DNA of 64,000 nucleotides from Mycobacteriales bacterium (GCA_030697205.1 JAUYQP010000049.1:69623-133622), one strand, 5' to 3'; shown: positions 10,443-19,603, counted from the stretch's first letter. Notes: generated from the letters alone by a model not told the origin. A program made the numbers and translations.

Positions 10443-13400
10443 TCAGGGAGTGCGTTGCAGGGTTGTGGTGACGTCGCTGTCGAAGGGCACGCCGTTGTAG
10501 CTGCCCTTGAACACCTGGTGTTCGGTGCCGACCATGCCGAGCTCGGCGATCCAGCAGGACGTGGTGTCCTGCGTCCCCTGCGCATCACCGCGGTAGGTGG
10601 AACGGGAGTGCAGCTCGTAGCAGGTGTGGGTCATGCCGGAGACGGTGAGGCTCTTCGTGCCGAGCACTGTCGTGTCGGTGTGGCCTTGGACGCTGCCGAG
10701 TGTCCAGTCGCTGCTCCAGGTGGCGTCCTGCTGCACCGGCCATCGAATGAGGTCCTGGGGCGGGTCGAACTGTCCGCCGTAGGACAGCCCGGCTGAGGAC
10801 ATGTCGGTGGCGAGGAGCTGGACCCGCGCGGCGGAGTACCGACGGTCGTACTGGGAGGTCCCGCCGTTGGTCTCTGTGCGCAGTCGCAGCTCTGGATTGT
10901 CCGCGCTGCCGCCGGTCCGGCTGACCTGGGTAGTGGCCTGCTCCTGGAACGGTTGTTCGCTTCCCGCGGCACCGACCTTGCGGGTGCCCCGCGCGTCGTA
11001 GACCCATCCGCCGGTGGCCGGCACGGCGATGCGGGTGGGACGGGACGGGCCGACTGGCGATGGACCTGACGCAGCGGTGGTGCGCGTCGGTGCTGTGGTA
11101 GCGGAACGCGGGGCGGCCAGGGCCGCTTCGGTCGGCGACGGGTCGATGCGGGTCGGCTGGCCTGCAGTGCCGCCGCTTGGCGCGATCGGTGCGGCCGTCG
11201 TGGGGGTCGGTGTCACGGCCCCCGCCGACGGTCGGGTTGCGGCGACCGTCGGCAGCCCACCCGCCGGAGTGCCGGACACGAGTACGAGCCCGAACGTGGC
11301 AGCGAGGATCGCCGCCAGGGCCGTGACCCCCGTGGTCTGCAGTCGACGTGGTGTCCAACTGCGGCCGGCGCGCACGGGGCTGCCCTCGGGCCAGAACGCC
11401 CACCGCCCGAGCAGGATGACCAGGGCCGGCACGAGCAGCGGGCGGACGACGAAGGTGTCGAGCAGAACGCCGAAGGCGACGGCGATGCCGACCTGCTGGA
11501 GGGTGGGGATGGGTGCGAACGCGAGCGCGGCGAAGGTGCCGGCCAGGATCAGGCCGGCGTTGCTGATGACCGGTCCGGTGGCGATGAGCCCGCGGACGGC
11601 CGCGTCGGTGATGGTGGCGCCGGCGTCGCGTTCCTCGCGGATGCGGCTGGTGATGAAGATGTTGTAGTCCGAGCCGAGCGCAACCAGGATGACCATGAGG
11701 AACGCCGGTAGGTAGAACGCGACGCCGTCCTGGCCGAGGACGAACCGGCCGACGAGCGCTGCCACCCCCAGCGACGCCGTGTAGGACAGCAGCGCCGTGC
11801 CGACCAGCAGTGCGGGCAGCAGCAGTGACCGGAGCAGGAACGCCAGGACGAGCAGGATGGCGAGGCTCAGGACTACGGCGATGCCCAGGAAGTCCTGGGT
11901 CGCGGTCCTCTGGATGTCACCGAACACCGCGGCCGGACCCGCGACCGCGACCTGCGCGCCGGTGAGCGCCGACCCGGCGAGTGTCTGCTCGGTGACGGCG
12001 CTCAGACGCCGGGCGGTCTGCTGTGCCCCCTCCCCGAACGGCGCTTCGTCCAGAAGCACGATCAACCGGGTCGACTGCCCGTCCGCGCCGTTGAACAGCG
12101 ACACGGTCTTGCCCAGCTGCGGATAACGCGCGAGGACGTCCTCGGTCAGCCGCAGCCCGCGCGCGGAGGCCAGCGCGTTGTACAGCGGGGTGACGTCCAC
12201 CTTGTTCGGGTCGAGCCCGAGGGCGCGCAGGTCGCCGCTCGGCCCGCCGGGTGAGGCACGGCCGGTCAGCGGTTCGCCGGCGGGTTGGGTCGCTGACCGC
12301 ACCTGCGCGACGCCTGGGGTGGCCCGCAGGGCGTCGGTGAGCCGGTCCACCGCCGACAGCCGACTGCCGCTGCTGATCGGCTCGGCACCGGACACGATGA
12401 CCGACAACGGGGCGGAGGCACCGGCGGGGAAGTGCCGGGCGACGGTGCTCGCTCCGGTCCTGGCTTCTGCGCCAGCAGGCAGCTCGGCGAGCAGATCGGT
12501 CGAGGTGTGGATCGCGGCCATCCCGGCGGACAGCAGGACCATGGGGATGACGGCGGCGAGGGCGGCCTCGGCCGGCCAGCGTCGAACCAGCCGGCCCAGG
12601 CGCTCCCAGCGGGGGTGCGGGACCGGTCGGGCGGACCGGACGGTGTCCATCGGCGCCGGCCAGAACGCATGCCGGCCGGCCAGCTGCACGATCGCGGGTG
12701 TGAGCGTCAGCGCGGCCAGCACGGTGATGACGACCGACAGTCCGATGGCGGGCCCCATCGTCCGGTAGAAGCCGAACTTCGCGGTGAACTGGGCCAGGAA
12801 CCCGATCACCACGGCAGCGCCGGAGGCCACGATGACGCCCGTCATGACGTCCGTCGTACGGCGCAGGGTTGCCGTTGGTGTCTCGGACTCGGACAGCTCG
12901 GCGCGATACCGGGACACCAGGAACAGGCAGTAGTCGGTGCCGGCGCCGAAGACCAGCACGAGCATGAACGTTGCGGCCAGGCTGGCCACCTGCAGGCCGG
13001 CCTGGGCCAGCAGCGCGACCGCTGACTCGGCAACGAGGAAGGCCAGGCCGATGGTCACCAGCGGGATGGCGGCCGCCACCACCGAGCGGTAGACGAGCAG
13101 CAGGATCGCCACGACCAGCAAGACGCTGACGACTCCGACCCGAAGGAACGTCGTCTTCAACGCGCTGTCCTGGTCGGCGCCCACCCCGGCCAGGCCGGTG
13201 ACCTGGTGGGTGAGTCCGGCCGGTGCCGCGCGCAGCTCGCGGCGCAGCTGGCGCACCGACTCGATCGTCGTGTCGGCGAAGGCCCCGGTTCGGTAGCCGA
13301 CGACGATGAGCTCGGCCTGACCGTCCGGGGAGCGCAGCGACGATGCGAGCCGGCTGTCCTCGCCGACGGCGAGGACCTGGGATACCCCGCTGTCAGGCGC

Positions 13401-13733
13401 GCGCGACGCGGTCCGCAGCCGGCGGCCGAGATCGGCGGCGTAGCTGCGGTCGGCGGCTGTCAGCCCACCGGGCCGGGCGAGGACCACGACCGCGGAGTTG
13501 ACAGACGGGTCCTGCGGGAACAGCCGCCCCAGCTGCTCGGTGGCCAGCTGGGAGGGTGACCCCTGCGGCAGGAAGACGGCCTGGTCCTGCACGCTCACCT
13601 TGGCCAGCGACGGAGAGGCCGCTACCAGGCCGACAGCAAGCATTACCCAGGCCAGCACCACCCAGCGGGCGTGTCGCTGCGCGAACCCGGACAGGCGAGG
13701 CAGTGCCCCCGCCAACCGTTCGCTGGTGGCCAC
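10443..13733 (-). CDS. MMPL family (RND-type) exporter with a ~310-aa C-terminal extension
   Basis: 1096 aa. MMPL core with two 6-TM bundles, ending near FWPEG (~11390). This is followed by an extra TM helix (VTALAAILAATFGLVLVSG), a Pro/Thr/Ala linker and a ~195-aa beta-rich domain. GC3 stays high to the stop. Confidence 0.9.
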   Translation of the reverse strand: MATSERLAGALPRLSGFAQRHARWVVLAWVMLAVGLVAASPSLAKVSVQDQAVFLPQGSPSQLATEQLGRLFPQDPSVNSAVVVLARPGGLTAADRSYAADLGRRLRTASRAPDSGVSQVLAVGEDSRLASSLRSPDGQAELIVVGYRTGAFADTTIESVRQLRRELRAAPAGLTHQVTGLAGVGADQDSALKTTFLRVGVVSVLLVVAILLLVYRSVVAAAIPLVTIGLAFLVAESAVALLAQAGLQVASLAATFMLVLVFGAGTDYCLFLVSRYRAELSESETPTATLRRTTDVMTGVIVASGAAVVIGFLAQFTAKFGFYRTMGPAIGLSVVITVLAALTLTPAIVQLAGRHAFWPAPMDTVRSARPVPHPRWERLGRLVRRWPAEAALAAVIPMVLLSAGMAAIHTSTDLLAELPAGAEARTGASTVARHFPAGASAPLSVIVSGAEPISSGSRLSAVDRLTDALRATPGVAQVRSATQPAGEPLTGRASPGGPSGDLRALGLDPNKVDVTPLYNALASARGLRLTEDVLARYPQLGKTVSLFNGADGQSTRLIVLLDEAPFGEGAQQTARRLSAVTEQTLAGSALTGAQVAVAGPAAVFGDIQRTATQDFLGIAVVLSLAILLVLAFLLRSLLLPALLVGTALLSYTASLGVAALVGRFVLGQDGVAFYLPAFLMVILVALGSDYNIFITSRIREERDAGATITDAAVRGLIATGPVISNAGLILAGTFAALAFAPIPTLQQVGIAVAFGVLLDTFVVRPLLVPALVILLGRWAFWPEGSPVRAGRSWTPRRLQTTGVTALAAILAATFGLVLVSGTPAGGLPTVAATRPSAGAVTPTPTTAAPIAPSGGTAGQPTRIDPSPTEAALAAPRSATTAPTRTTAASGPSPVGPSRPTRIAVPATGGWVYDARGTRKVGAAGSEQPFQEQATTQVSRTGGSADNPELRLRTETNGGTSQYDRRYSAARVQLLATDMSSAGLSYGGQFDPPQDLIRWPVQQDATWSSDWTLGSVQGHTDTTVLGTKSLTVSGMTHTCYELHSRSTYRGDAQGTQDTTSCWIAELGMVGTEHQVFKGSYNGVPFDSDVTTTLQRTP

Positions 13734-13758
13734 GCATCCACCTCCTCGCGACGACCGG

Positions 13759-13801
13759 CTGGACGCCCATATTGTACTAGAAGTACAATATGGGCGTCCA
13801 G
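13759..13801. promoter_or_regulatory. 43-bp perfect palindrome (20-bp arms, 3-nt spacer); candidate TetR operator or intercistronic hairpin
   Basis: CTGGACGCCCATATTGTACT-AGA-AGTACAATATGGGCGTCCAG. AT-rich core in GC-rich DNA. Lies 25 bp upstream of the MMPL start and 24 bp downstream of the TetR stop. Confidence 0.6.
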
Positions 13802-13825
13802 GCTGGAGGACCGGTGGGGTGGGTG

Positions 13826-14407
13826 TCAGCGGGGGCGCAGCCCGTCGAGCAGGACGGCGATGACGGCGCCGGCCGCGTCGTCGACCGCCATCGTCTCCTT
13901 GGACAGGAGCTTGGCCAGGCCGGTCACCGTCACCGCGCCGAACAGCACCAGCGCCACCGCGTCGGCGTCGGCGACCGCAGCGAGGGATCCGTCGGCGGCT
14001 CCCTCTGCGAGCAGGTGCGCTACGGGTGCGTGGTAGGCGTCCCTGATGGCAGCGGCGATCGCCGGCATCCGGCCGGCACGTCCCAGCTCCCCGGTCAGCG
14101 CCCGGCAGACGGCAGGCTGCTCGGCCATCACGCCGAGCTGGGCCGTGACGACACGGCGCAACCGTTCAGCGGCTGTGCCCTCACTCTCGACGCCGATGGC
14201 AACCTCGTCGGCGATGCGCCGCAGCAGGTCCTGGAACAGGAAGGCAAGGATCTCCTCCTTGCCCGCGAAGTAGTAGTAGAGCGTCGCCTTGGGCACGCCG
14301 GTGGCCGCGGCCACGTCTTCGATCTTGGTCTGGTCGACCCCGCGGTCGGCGAACAGCTCCGCGGCGGCGGACAGCTTCCCCGCGATCTGTCCCGGCACCG
14401 GACGCAT
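13826..14407 (-). CDS. TetR family transcriptional regulator
   Basis: Starts at MRPVPGQ (ATG 14407, GGGAG RBS). HTH block KIEDVAAATGVPKATLYYYFAGKEE. Divergent from a P450 and upstream of the MMPL gene. Confidence 0.85.
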   Translation of the reverse strand: MRPVPGQIAGKLSAAAELFADRGVDQTKIEDVAAATGVPKATLYYYFAGKEEILAFLFQDLLRRIADEVAIGVESEGTAAERLRRVVTAQLGVMAEQPAVCRALTGELGRAGRMPAIAAAIRDAYHAPVAHLLAEGAADGSLAAVADADAVALVLFGAVTVTGLAKLLSKETMAVDDAAGAVIAVLLDGLRPR

Positions 14408-14427
14408 TGACACTCCCTGCTCGTCGT

Positions 14428-14449
14428 GTTCAGACTGCGAGTACAAACC
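14428..14449. promoter_or_regulatory. 22-nt motif GTTCAGACTGCGAGTACAAACC (copy 1 of 2)
   Basis: Lies in the 64-bp TetR/P450 divergent spacer. Matches 18699-18720 at 19/22 positions. Shares AGTACAA with the 13759-13801 palindrome arm. Confidence 0.3.
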
Positions 14450-14471
14450 TTCGCTGAGTTGGGACGCCAGC

Positions 14472-15653
14472 ATGGCAGTTGACACCGCTCTGTACGACCC
14501 GTTCGACTCCGATGTCCAGGATGACCCGTACCCGGTCTACCGGACCTTGCGCGAGGAGCAGCCGGTCTACCGATCGGCGCCGGGGCGGTCGTGGGTGCTG
14601 AGTCGGTACGACGACGTCGACACCGCCCTGCGCGACCCGGGCACGTACTCGTCCGCGAAGGGGATCTTCCCGACCCCGCCGGGGGTGGACCTGACCGACC
14701 TGTTCCTGCCGATGATGATCATGATGGACCCGCCGCGGCACACCGGGATGCGGACGATCGTCAGCCGCGCGTTCACCCCGCGGCGGATCGCCGGGCTGGA
14801 GCAGTCGGTCCGCTTCCTGGCCGACGAGCTCCTCGACGACCTGACCGGCGAAGGGTCCGGTGACGTCGTGGCGCAGCTGGCCGGCCCACTCCCAGCGATG
14901 GTGATCGCAGACCTGCTGGGCATCCCCCGGGACGACCGGGAGCAGTTCCGGGGTTGGTCCTCGACGCTGGTGCAGTCCAGTCCGGTCCACGGCACCTTCG
15001 GGCCAGGTCTGGCTGCAGCGGCATCGCTGTACGAGTACTTCACCGGCTTCCTGAACGAACGCCGACGGGCACCCCAGGACGATCTGCTGTCCGCGCTCGT
15101 CGCCGCCGACGTGCACGGCCAGCAGCTCACCGACGAGGAGCTGCTCGGCTTCTGCCTCCTACTCCTCGTCGCCGGGCACGAGACCACGACCAACCTGCTC
15201 GGCAACGCCGCCGTCGTGCTCGCCCAGCACCCCGATGCGCGCCGGGCCATGGCCGCCGATCCCGCCATGATCGATCCTGCCGTCGAAGAGCTCCTTCGCT
15301 ACGACTCACCGGTCCAGGGCCTGTCACGGACCCTGACCCGAGACGTGACGGTGCACGACACCCGGATGGACGCCGGCGACACCGTCCTGCTCCTGTTCGG
15401 ATCAGCCAACCGCGACGACCGGGCGTTCGCCGACCCCGACACCTTCGACATCACGCGGCACAGCGACCGGCAGGTCGCGTTCGGGCGCGGGATCCACTTC
15501 TGCCTCGGTGCCTCCCTCGCCCGGCTGGAGGCCCGCATCGCACTCGAGGGTCTGCTCCGCCGGATCCCCGATTGGCAGGTGGACCTCGACAACGCAACCC
15601 GGCTGCGGTCCGGACCCATCCGCGGCTACTCCGCCCTCCCTCTCACCTGGTGA
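14472..15653 (+). CDS. Cytochrome P450
   Basis: 393 aa from ATG 14472. I-helix AGHETT, EXXR (EELLRY), and heme loop FGRGIHFCLGASLA. Confidence 0.9.
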   Translation: MAVDTALYDPFDSDVQDDPYPVYRTLREEQPVYRSAPGRSWVLSRYDDVDTALRDPGTYSSAKGIFPTPPGVDLTDLFLPMMIMMDPPRHTGMRTIVSRAFTPRRIAGLEQSVRFLADELLDDLTGEGSGDVVAQLAGPLPAMVIADLLGIPRDDREQFRGWSSTLVQSSPVHGTFGPGLAAAASLYEYFTGFLNERRRAPQDDLLSALVAADVHGQQLTDEELLGFCLLLLVAGHETTTNLLGNAAVVLAQHPDARRAMAADPAMIDPAVEELLRYDSPVQGLSRTLTRDVTVHDTRMDAGDTVLLLFGSANRDDRAFADPDTFDITRHSDRQVAFGRGIHFCLGASLARLEARIALEGLLRRIPDWQVDLDNATRLRSGPIRGYSALPLTW

Positions 15654-15745
15654 ACTCGCGCCAAAGCAGACGGCACGGTGCCGGCCGTCGAGCTCGGCAA
15701 CCGCAACGCCGGTAGCGGCCAGGCAGCAGCGCTGGCGCGAGCCGT

Positions 15746-17263
15746 TCAGCGCTGGTAGGCGACCAGCGCGTTGCCCGCTGCGACGTAGACGGTGTTCCGG
15801 GCGACGGCGACTCCGCTGCTGGTCACGGCGACGGCTGGCTGCCCGGAGTCCGCGAGGACCGGACGGCGGAGCAGGGGCAGGCCGGTGGAGGCATCGAACG
15901 CGTCGACGAAGCCGTTGCCGTCGACGGTGTAGGCGACGCCGTTGGCGACCGTTGTCGACTGGTAGTGGACGCCGTCCGCGACGGGGCTGGCCCAGCCGAG
16001 CGCGCCGTCGTCACGGCCCCGTGAGAGCATGACGCCGCCAGGGGTCCCGACACCGAGGATCGAGCTGCCGTCGAAGGCAGTCGCTGCGGCGTTGCACGCG
16101 GGACACGATGCGCCGAATGCCGCCTGCCAGGCCGGCGCCATCGAGTCGGCGTCGGCGACGTGGTAGATCCCGGACTTCTGCAGGTCGCCGATCAGCAGCC
16201 GACCGGAGCTGTCCCGGAACAGGTTGGGCGGCGCCCCGAAGTCGAGGTCCAGCTGCAGGCACGGCGCGCTGTTGCCCACCACCAGCTGCAGCGCGGGCTC
16301 CTCGCCGACGGCGTCGCACACCGGATCGATCAGATCACGGAACGCTGGCGAGAGCTGGTCGATGTTGCCCTTGTACGACCCCACGATGTCGCCGAAGGTC
16401 GGCCCGCGGTTGAGGTCGACCTTGATGATCGCGTTGGTGTTCGGGTGCTCGATCTTCTTGCTGTAGGGGTTGGCCGTGCCCATGTAGGCGAAGCCCTGCT
16501 CCTCGTCGATCGCGGGTGCCGTCCACACCCCGCCACCGGCGTAGCCCGCGGCGAAGTCGGCGTCCGGGACGACGTAGCTCCGGTCGAGGATCCGGCCGGT
16601 GCGCAGGTCGAGCAGCGCGTAGCCGCCTCGCGACGCCGGGTTCCCCTCGGGTGCGGAGAAGCCGAAGACCAGGATCCCGTCGTGCACCACCGGAGTGGCG
16701 TTGGTGTAGTAGCCCGGCGACGTCTCCACCGGCCGGCTGCGCCACGCCACAGCACCGGTGACCTGGTCGAAGGCGATGGCGTAGGGACCGCTGTCGCGGT
16801 TGACCAGTGCCACGAGGAGGCCGTCCGCAGCGACCGGCGAGCTGACGAAGTCGCCGCCGAGGCCGGCCAGGGGGACCTCCTCGTGGTGCTGCCAGACCAG
16901 CTCGCCGGTGTCGGCGTTGAGGGCGATCACATCGCCGGCTGCGGTGTTCAGGTAGACGCAGCCGGACGACACGATGGGAGTTCCGTTGAGGTCCCCGAAG
17001 CCGAGAGACGCACCTCCCGTGGAGAACGACCACACCGGGGTCAGCAGTGGCACCTCGGCTATGCCGATCGTGGTCTCCGCCGGCTGGGTGCGCGTGTTCG
17101 ACAGGTCGGCCCCGAACGTCGCCCACTCGCCGCCAGAATGCTCGGCAGGCGCGCAGGCCCCGGTCGCGGCAGCGGCGGGGAGCGCGGCCGCGCCGGCCGC
17201 GATGAGGCCGACTGCGATGCAGAGGCGGAGAACGGTCGACCCGGCGGCTGGGCGGTTTATCAT
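15746..17263 (-). CDS. Secreted PQQ-like (BamB-type) beta-propeller repeat protein
   Basis: Starts at MINRPAAGS (ATG 17263). Signal peptide ending AAALPAAAATGA. Repeated G-x-V-x-A-x-D-x-x-TG-x-x-x-W blade motifs. Confidence 0.75.
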   Translation of the reverse strand: MINRPAAGSTVLRLCIAVGLIAAGAAALPAAAATGACAPAEHSGGEWATFGADLSNTRTQPAETTIGIAEVPLLTPVWSFSTGGASLGFGDLNGTPIVSSGCVYLNTAAGDVIALNADTGELVWQHHEEVPLAGLGGDFVSSPVAADGLLVALVNRDSGPYAIAFDQVTGAVAWRSRPVETSPGYYTNATPVVHDGILVFGFSAPEGNPASRGGYALLDLRTGRILDRSYVVPDADFAAGYAGGGVWTAPAIDEEQGFAYMGTANPYSKKIEHPNTNAIIKVDLNRGPTFGDIVGSYKGNIDQLSPAFRDLIDPVCDAVGEEPALQLVVGNSAPCLQLDLDFGAPPNLFRDSSGRLLIGDLQKSGIYHVADADSMAPAWQAAFGASCPACNAAATAFDGSSILGVGTPGGVMLSRGRDDGALGWASPVADGVHYQSTTVANGVAYTVDGNGFVDAFDASTGLPLLRRPVLADSGQPAVAVTSSGVAVARNTVYVAAGNALVAYQR

Positions 17264-17371
17264 GATTTGTCTTTTTCGCGCCGAGGGCCCCCGTCTCCTG
17301 CTGCACCGGCAGTACTTTCTTGTGACAGCCACCGGCCGCAACTGCCGACATGGACGTCAGACGAGCCCCTT

Positions 17372-18448
17372 TCAGGAGCGAGCTGGTCGGGCTGACGTCG
17401 CGGGACCGCCGCCGGGGGATGCACTCGCGGTGCTCCACGTCCGGGCTGGGCCGGCCGTCGAGCGGAGCTGCCCACGGTGTCGCAGCAGGACCAGGTGGGC
17501 GAGCGTCTCAGCTGCTGCGAGCCGCTGCATGATCGGGTCGATGTCGTCCCAGGGGCGGGACCACTCCAGGTGCTGCGCCACCTGCCAGGCGCTCCTGCCG
17601 GGATGGGTGGCCACGGCTCGGTGGGTGGCTGTCAGGCGTTCCTCATGGTGCGCGAGGAGGTCCGCCACTCGGAGGTCGAGGCCGGTGAACCGGTGCTCGT
17701 GGGCGGGGAGCACTTCGCGGACGTTCTCGGCCAGCGCAGCGATGCGGGCGAGCGAGGCCAGGAACTCCCCGAGCGCGTCGTGGTCGGGGCTGCCGTGCAA
17801 TCCGACCGTGCTGGTGATGCGCGGCAGGACGTGGTCGCCGGTGAAGAGCAGCTCGTCCGTACGGTCGTGCAGGCACACGTGCCCAGGTGTGTGTCCGGGA
17901 GTGTGGATGACGGTCAGGCTGCGCCCCCCGAACGTCAGCTGCTGGCCGTCGCTCAGCAATCGATCGGGCGGTTCGGCAGGTGTCAGGTAGTCCTGTGCGT
18001 TGGCGATGAGCGCAGGTGAGACCTCCAGGTCTGGGGCGCCAGCGCTGGCGAACAGCTCGCGAGCGGCGCCCACCAGTGCCGGCAGGCCGACGTCGGCGTC
18101 GGCGTCGAGCAGTTCGGCGTCGGCCGGGTGCAGGGCGACCCAGGCGCCGGAGGCCTTCCGAACGCGGTGCGCCAAGCCGTAGTGGTCCGGATGCACGTGG
18201 GTGGCGACGACGGCTGTGACGTCGCTGATCTGGTGACCTGTCGTGCGGATCCCGTCGAGCAGCGCGCCCCAGGCCGTGTCGGTGTCCCAGCCGGCATCGA
18301 TGAGCGCCAGCCCGTCGTCGTGAGCGAGGGCGTACACCAGGACGTACCGCAGCGGGTTGTTCGGTAGCGGCACCGGGATGCTCCACAGGTCTGGACGCAC
18401 CTGCTCGAGCGGGGGCAGCCGACCGGCTGCCCACGCCTGGCGTTGCAC
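17372..18448 (-). CDS. MBL-fold metallo-hydrolase
   Basis: HxHxDH motif (ATHVHPDHYG). GTG 18448 was chosen because GC3 collapses upstream of it. The C-terminal helical extension is typical of this subfamily. Confidence 0.8.
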   Translation of the reverse strand: MQRQAWAAGRLPPLEQVRPDLWSIPVPLPNNPLRYVLVYALAHDDGLALIDAGWDTDTAWGALLDGIRTTGHQISDVTAVVATHVHPDHYGLAHRVRKASGAWVALHPADAELLDADADVGLPALVGAARELFASAGAPDLEVSPALIANAQDYLTPAEPPDRLLSDGQQLTFGGRSLTVIHTPGHTPGHVCLHDRTDELLFTGDHVLPRITSTVGLHGSPDHDALGEFLASLARIAALAENVREVLPAHEHRFTGLDLRVADLLAHHEERLTATHRAVATHPGRSAWQVAQHLEWSRPWDDIDPIMQRLAAAETLAHLVLLRHRGQLRSTAGPARTWSTASASPGGGPATSARPARS

Positions 18449-18698
18449 AGCCCCGACGAGCGAACCTCCGCCTTCCGCACGAGGTCCTGCTCCGGACGAG
18501 CTCACCGTGACAGGCCGCTGATCGTCACGGCTCCGAACAGCGCCGCAGCCGCGGTAGGCGGATCGCCGTTGGGTGCGAGCGAGCTGTCGCGATCTCCGGG
18601 ATCCGCCCGACCCCGCCGAGGTCGCCGACCAGGGCTCGGCACAAGGCGGGCTTCCATCTGGGTGGGGACCGTGCGCACGTGGCACCCTCCGACTTCTG

Positions 18699-18720
18699 GT
18701 TCAGACTGCAAGTCCAAGCC
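18699..18720. promoter_or_regulatory. 22-nt motif GTTCAGACTGCAAGTCCAAGCC (copy 2 of 2)
   Basis: Lies in the 378-bp non-coding gap upstream of the MBL/propeller genes. Matches 14428-14449 at 19/22 positions. Confidence 0.3.
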
Positions 18721-18826
18721 GAGTGTGGGTCAGGCGGGGAGAGGAAGCAATCCGCGGCTACTCCCGGCTGCCCGTCTCCGGGTGAGACGCAGGACCGCCT
18801 CGCGCCGCTTGCGCCTCTCCCGCAGG

Positions 18827-19426
18827 TCAGGGCGGGTCGAGGCGCAGGCAGCGCAGAGCAACTCGTGTGAGCCGGCGGGCGGTCCCGGCGCGGTCTTCCG
18901 CCGGAAGGACGAGGTGGCTGACCGCGAGCCGGGCGAGGGCGTCGGCGCTGTCGGCGAGGTCTTCTGCGTCCAGTTCAGGGACGTGGCCGCGAAACCACAC
19001 CAGGAGGGTGTCGGTCGCGGCCGACAGGATCGGCGCGGAGCGCGTGGTCAGCAGAGGCAAGGCATCGTTGTCGCCAGCTCGGGCGGACGTCAGGATCCCG
19101 CGCAGCAACGGGCTGGCATCCGCCTCGGCCAGCATGTACTCCACCGCGGCGAGGACCCCGGCGGCGATGTCCGTCGGGTGCTGCTCGAGCGCCTGTGCGA
19201 TGCCGGTCAGGAAGCGCTCGGTCTCGCGGAGGATGAGCGCTTCGCCGAGGCCCTGCTTGTCGCCGAACTCCTTGTACAGCGTCGGCCGGGACACCCCGGT
19301 CTGGGCGGCGACCTCGCTCATCCGGACCTGCGACCACCCCTTGTCGACGGTGAGTGCGTGAGCGGTGTGCAGCGCCTGCTCCCGCACCTGGCGGCGGAAG
19401 CTCAGCCGCAGCGGCTCGACGGTCAT
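18827..19426 (-). CDS. TetR family transcriptional regulator
   Basis: Starts at MTVEPLRLSF (ATG 19426). HTH block MSEVAAQTGVSRPTLYKEFGDKQ. Divergent from the P450-ferredoxin-reductase operon. Confidence 0.85.
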   Translation of the reverse strand: MTVEPLRLSFRRQVREQALHTAHALTVDKGWSQVRMSEVAAQTGVSRPTLYKEFGDKQGLGEALILRETERFLTGIAQALEQHPTDIAAGVLAAVEYMLAEADASPLLRGILTSARAGDNDALPLLTTRSAPILSAATDTLLVWFRGHVPELDAEDLADSADALARLAVSHLVLPAEDRAGTARRLTRVALRCLRLDPP

Positions 19427-19540
19427 CCAGTCAGTCTGCCCTGTTGTCGCGTCGTTGGCGATTGCTGTCGTGACGGCACGCTGTTGACGGAATCTGTGAG
19501 AACGTCCGTTTGTGACAGTGTGTGATTTCAAGTCGTAGTC

Positions 19541-19565
19541 TTGACATTCTGCTGATATATGTCAA
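19541..19565. promoter_or_regulatory. Inverted repeat TTGACAT-N11-ATGTCAA; candidate TetR operator or promoter
   Basis: Lies in the AT-enriched divergent spacer between the TetR (19426) and the P450 (19604). The left arm also reads as a TTGACA -35-like hexamer. Confidence 0.4.
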
Positions 19566-19603
19566 CGTATGTGCCGCCGCCTGCCCCACCTTCTGGAGCC
19601 GTC

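Noticed and set aside
18449-18685. 79-codon N-terminal extension of the MBL hydrolase suggested by the track ORF (start 18685)
   Set aside because: Third-position GC falls to roughly 60% and the peptide has no homology-like features. GTG 18448 follows a GGAGG-containing stretch.
19559-19603. Track start codon ATG 19559 for the second P450
   Set aside because: The 15 codons before ATG 19604 have mostly A/T third positions and overlap the TTGACAT-N11-ATGTCAA inverted repeat. ATG 19604 has a GGAG RBS and high GC3 downstream.
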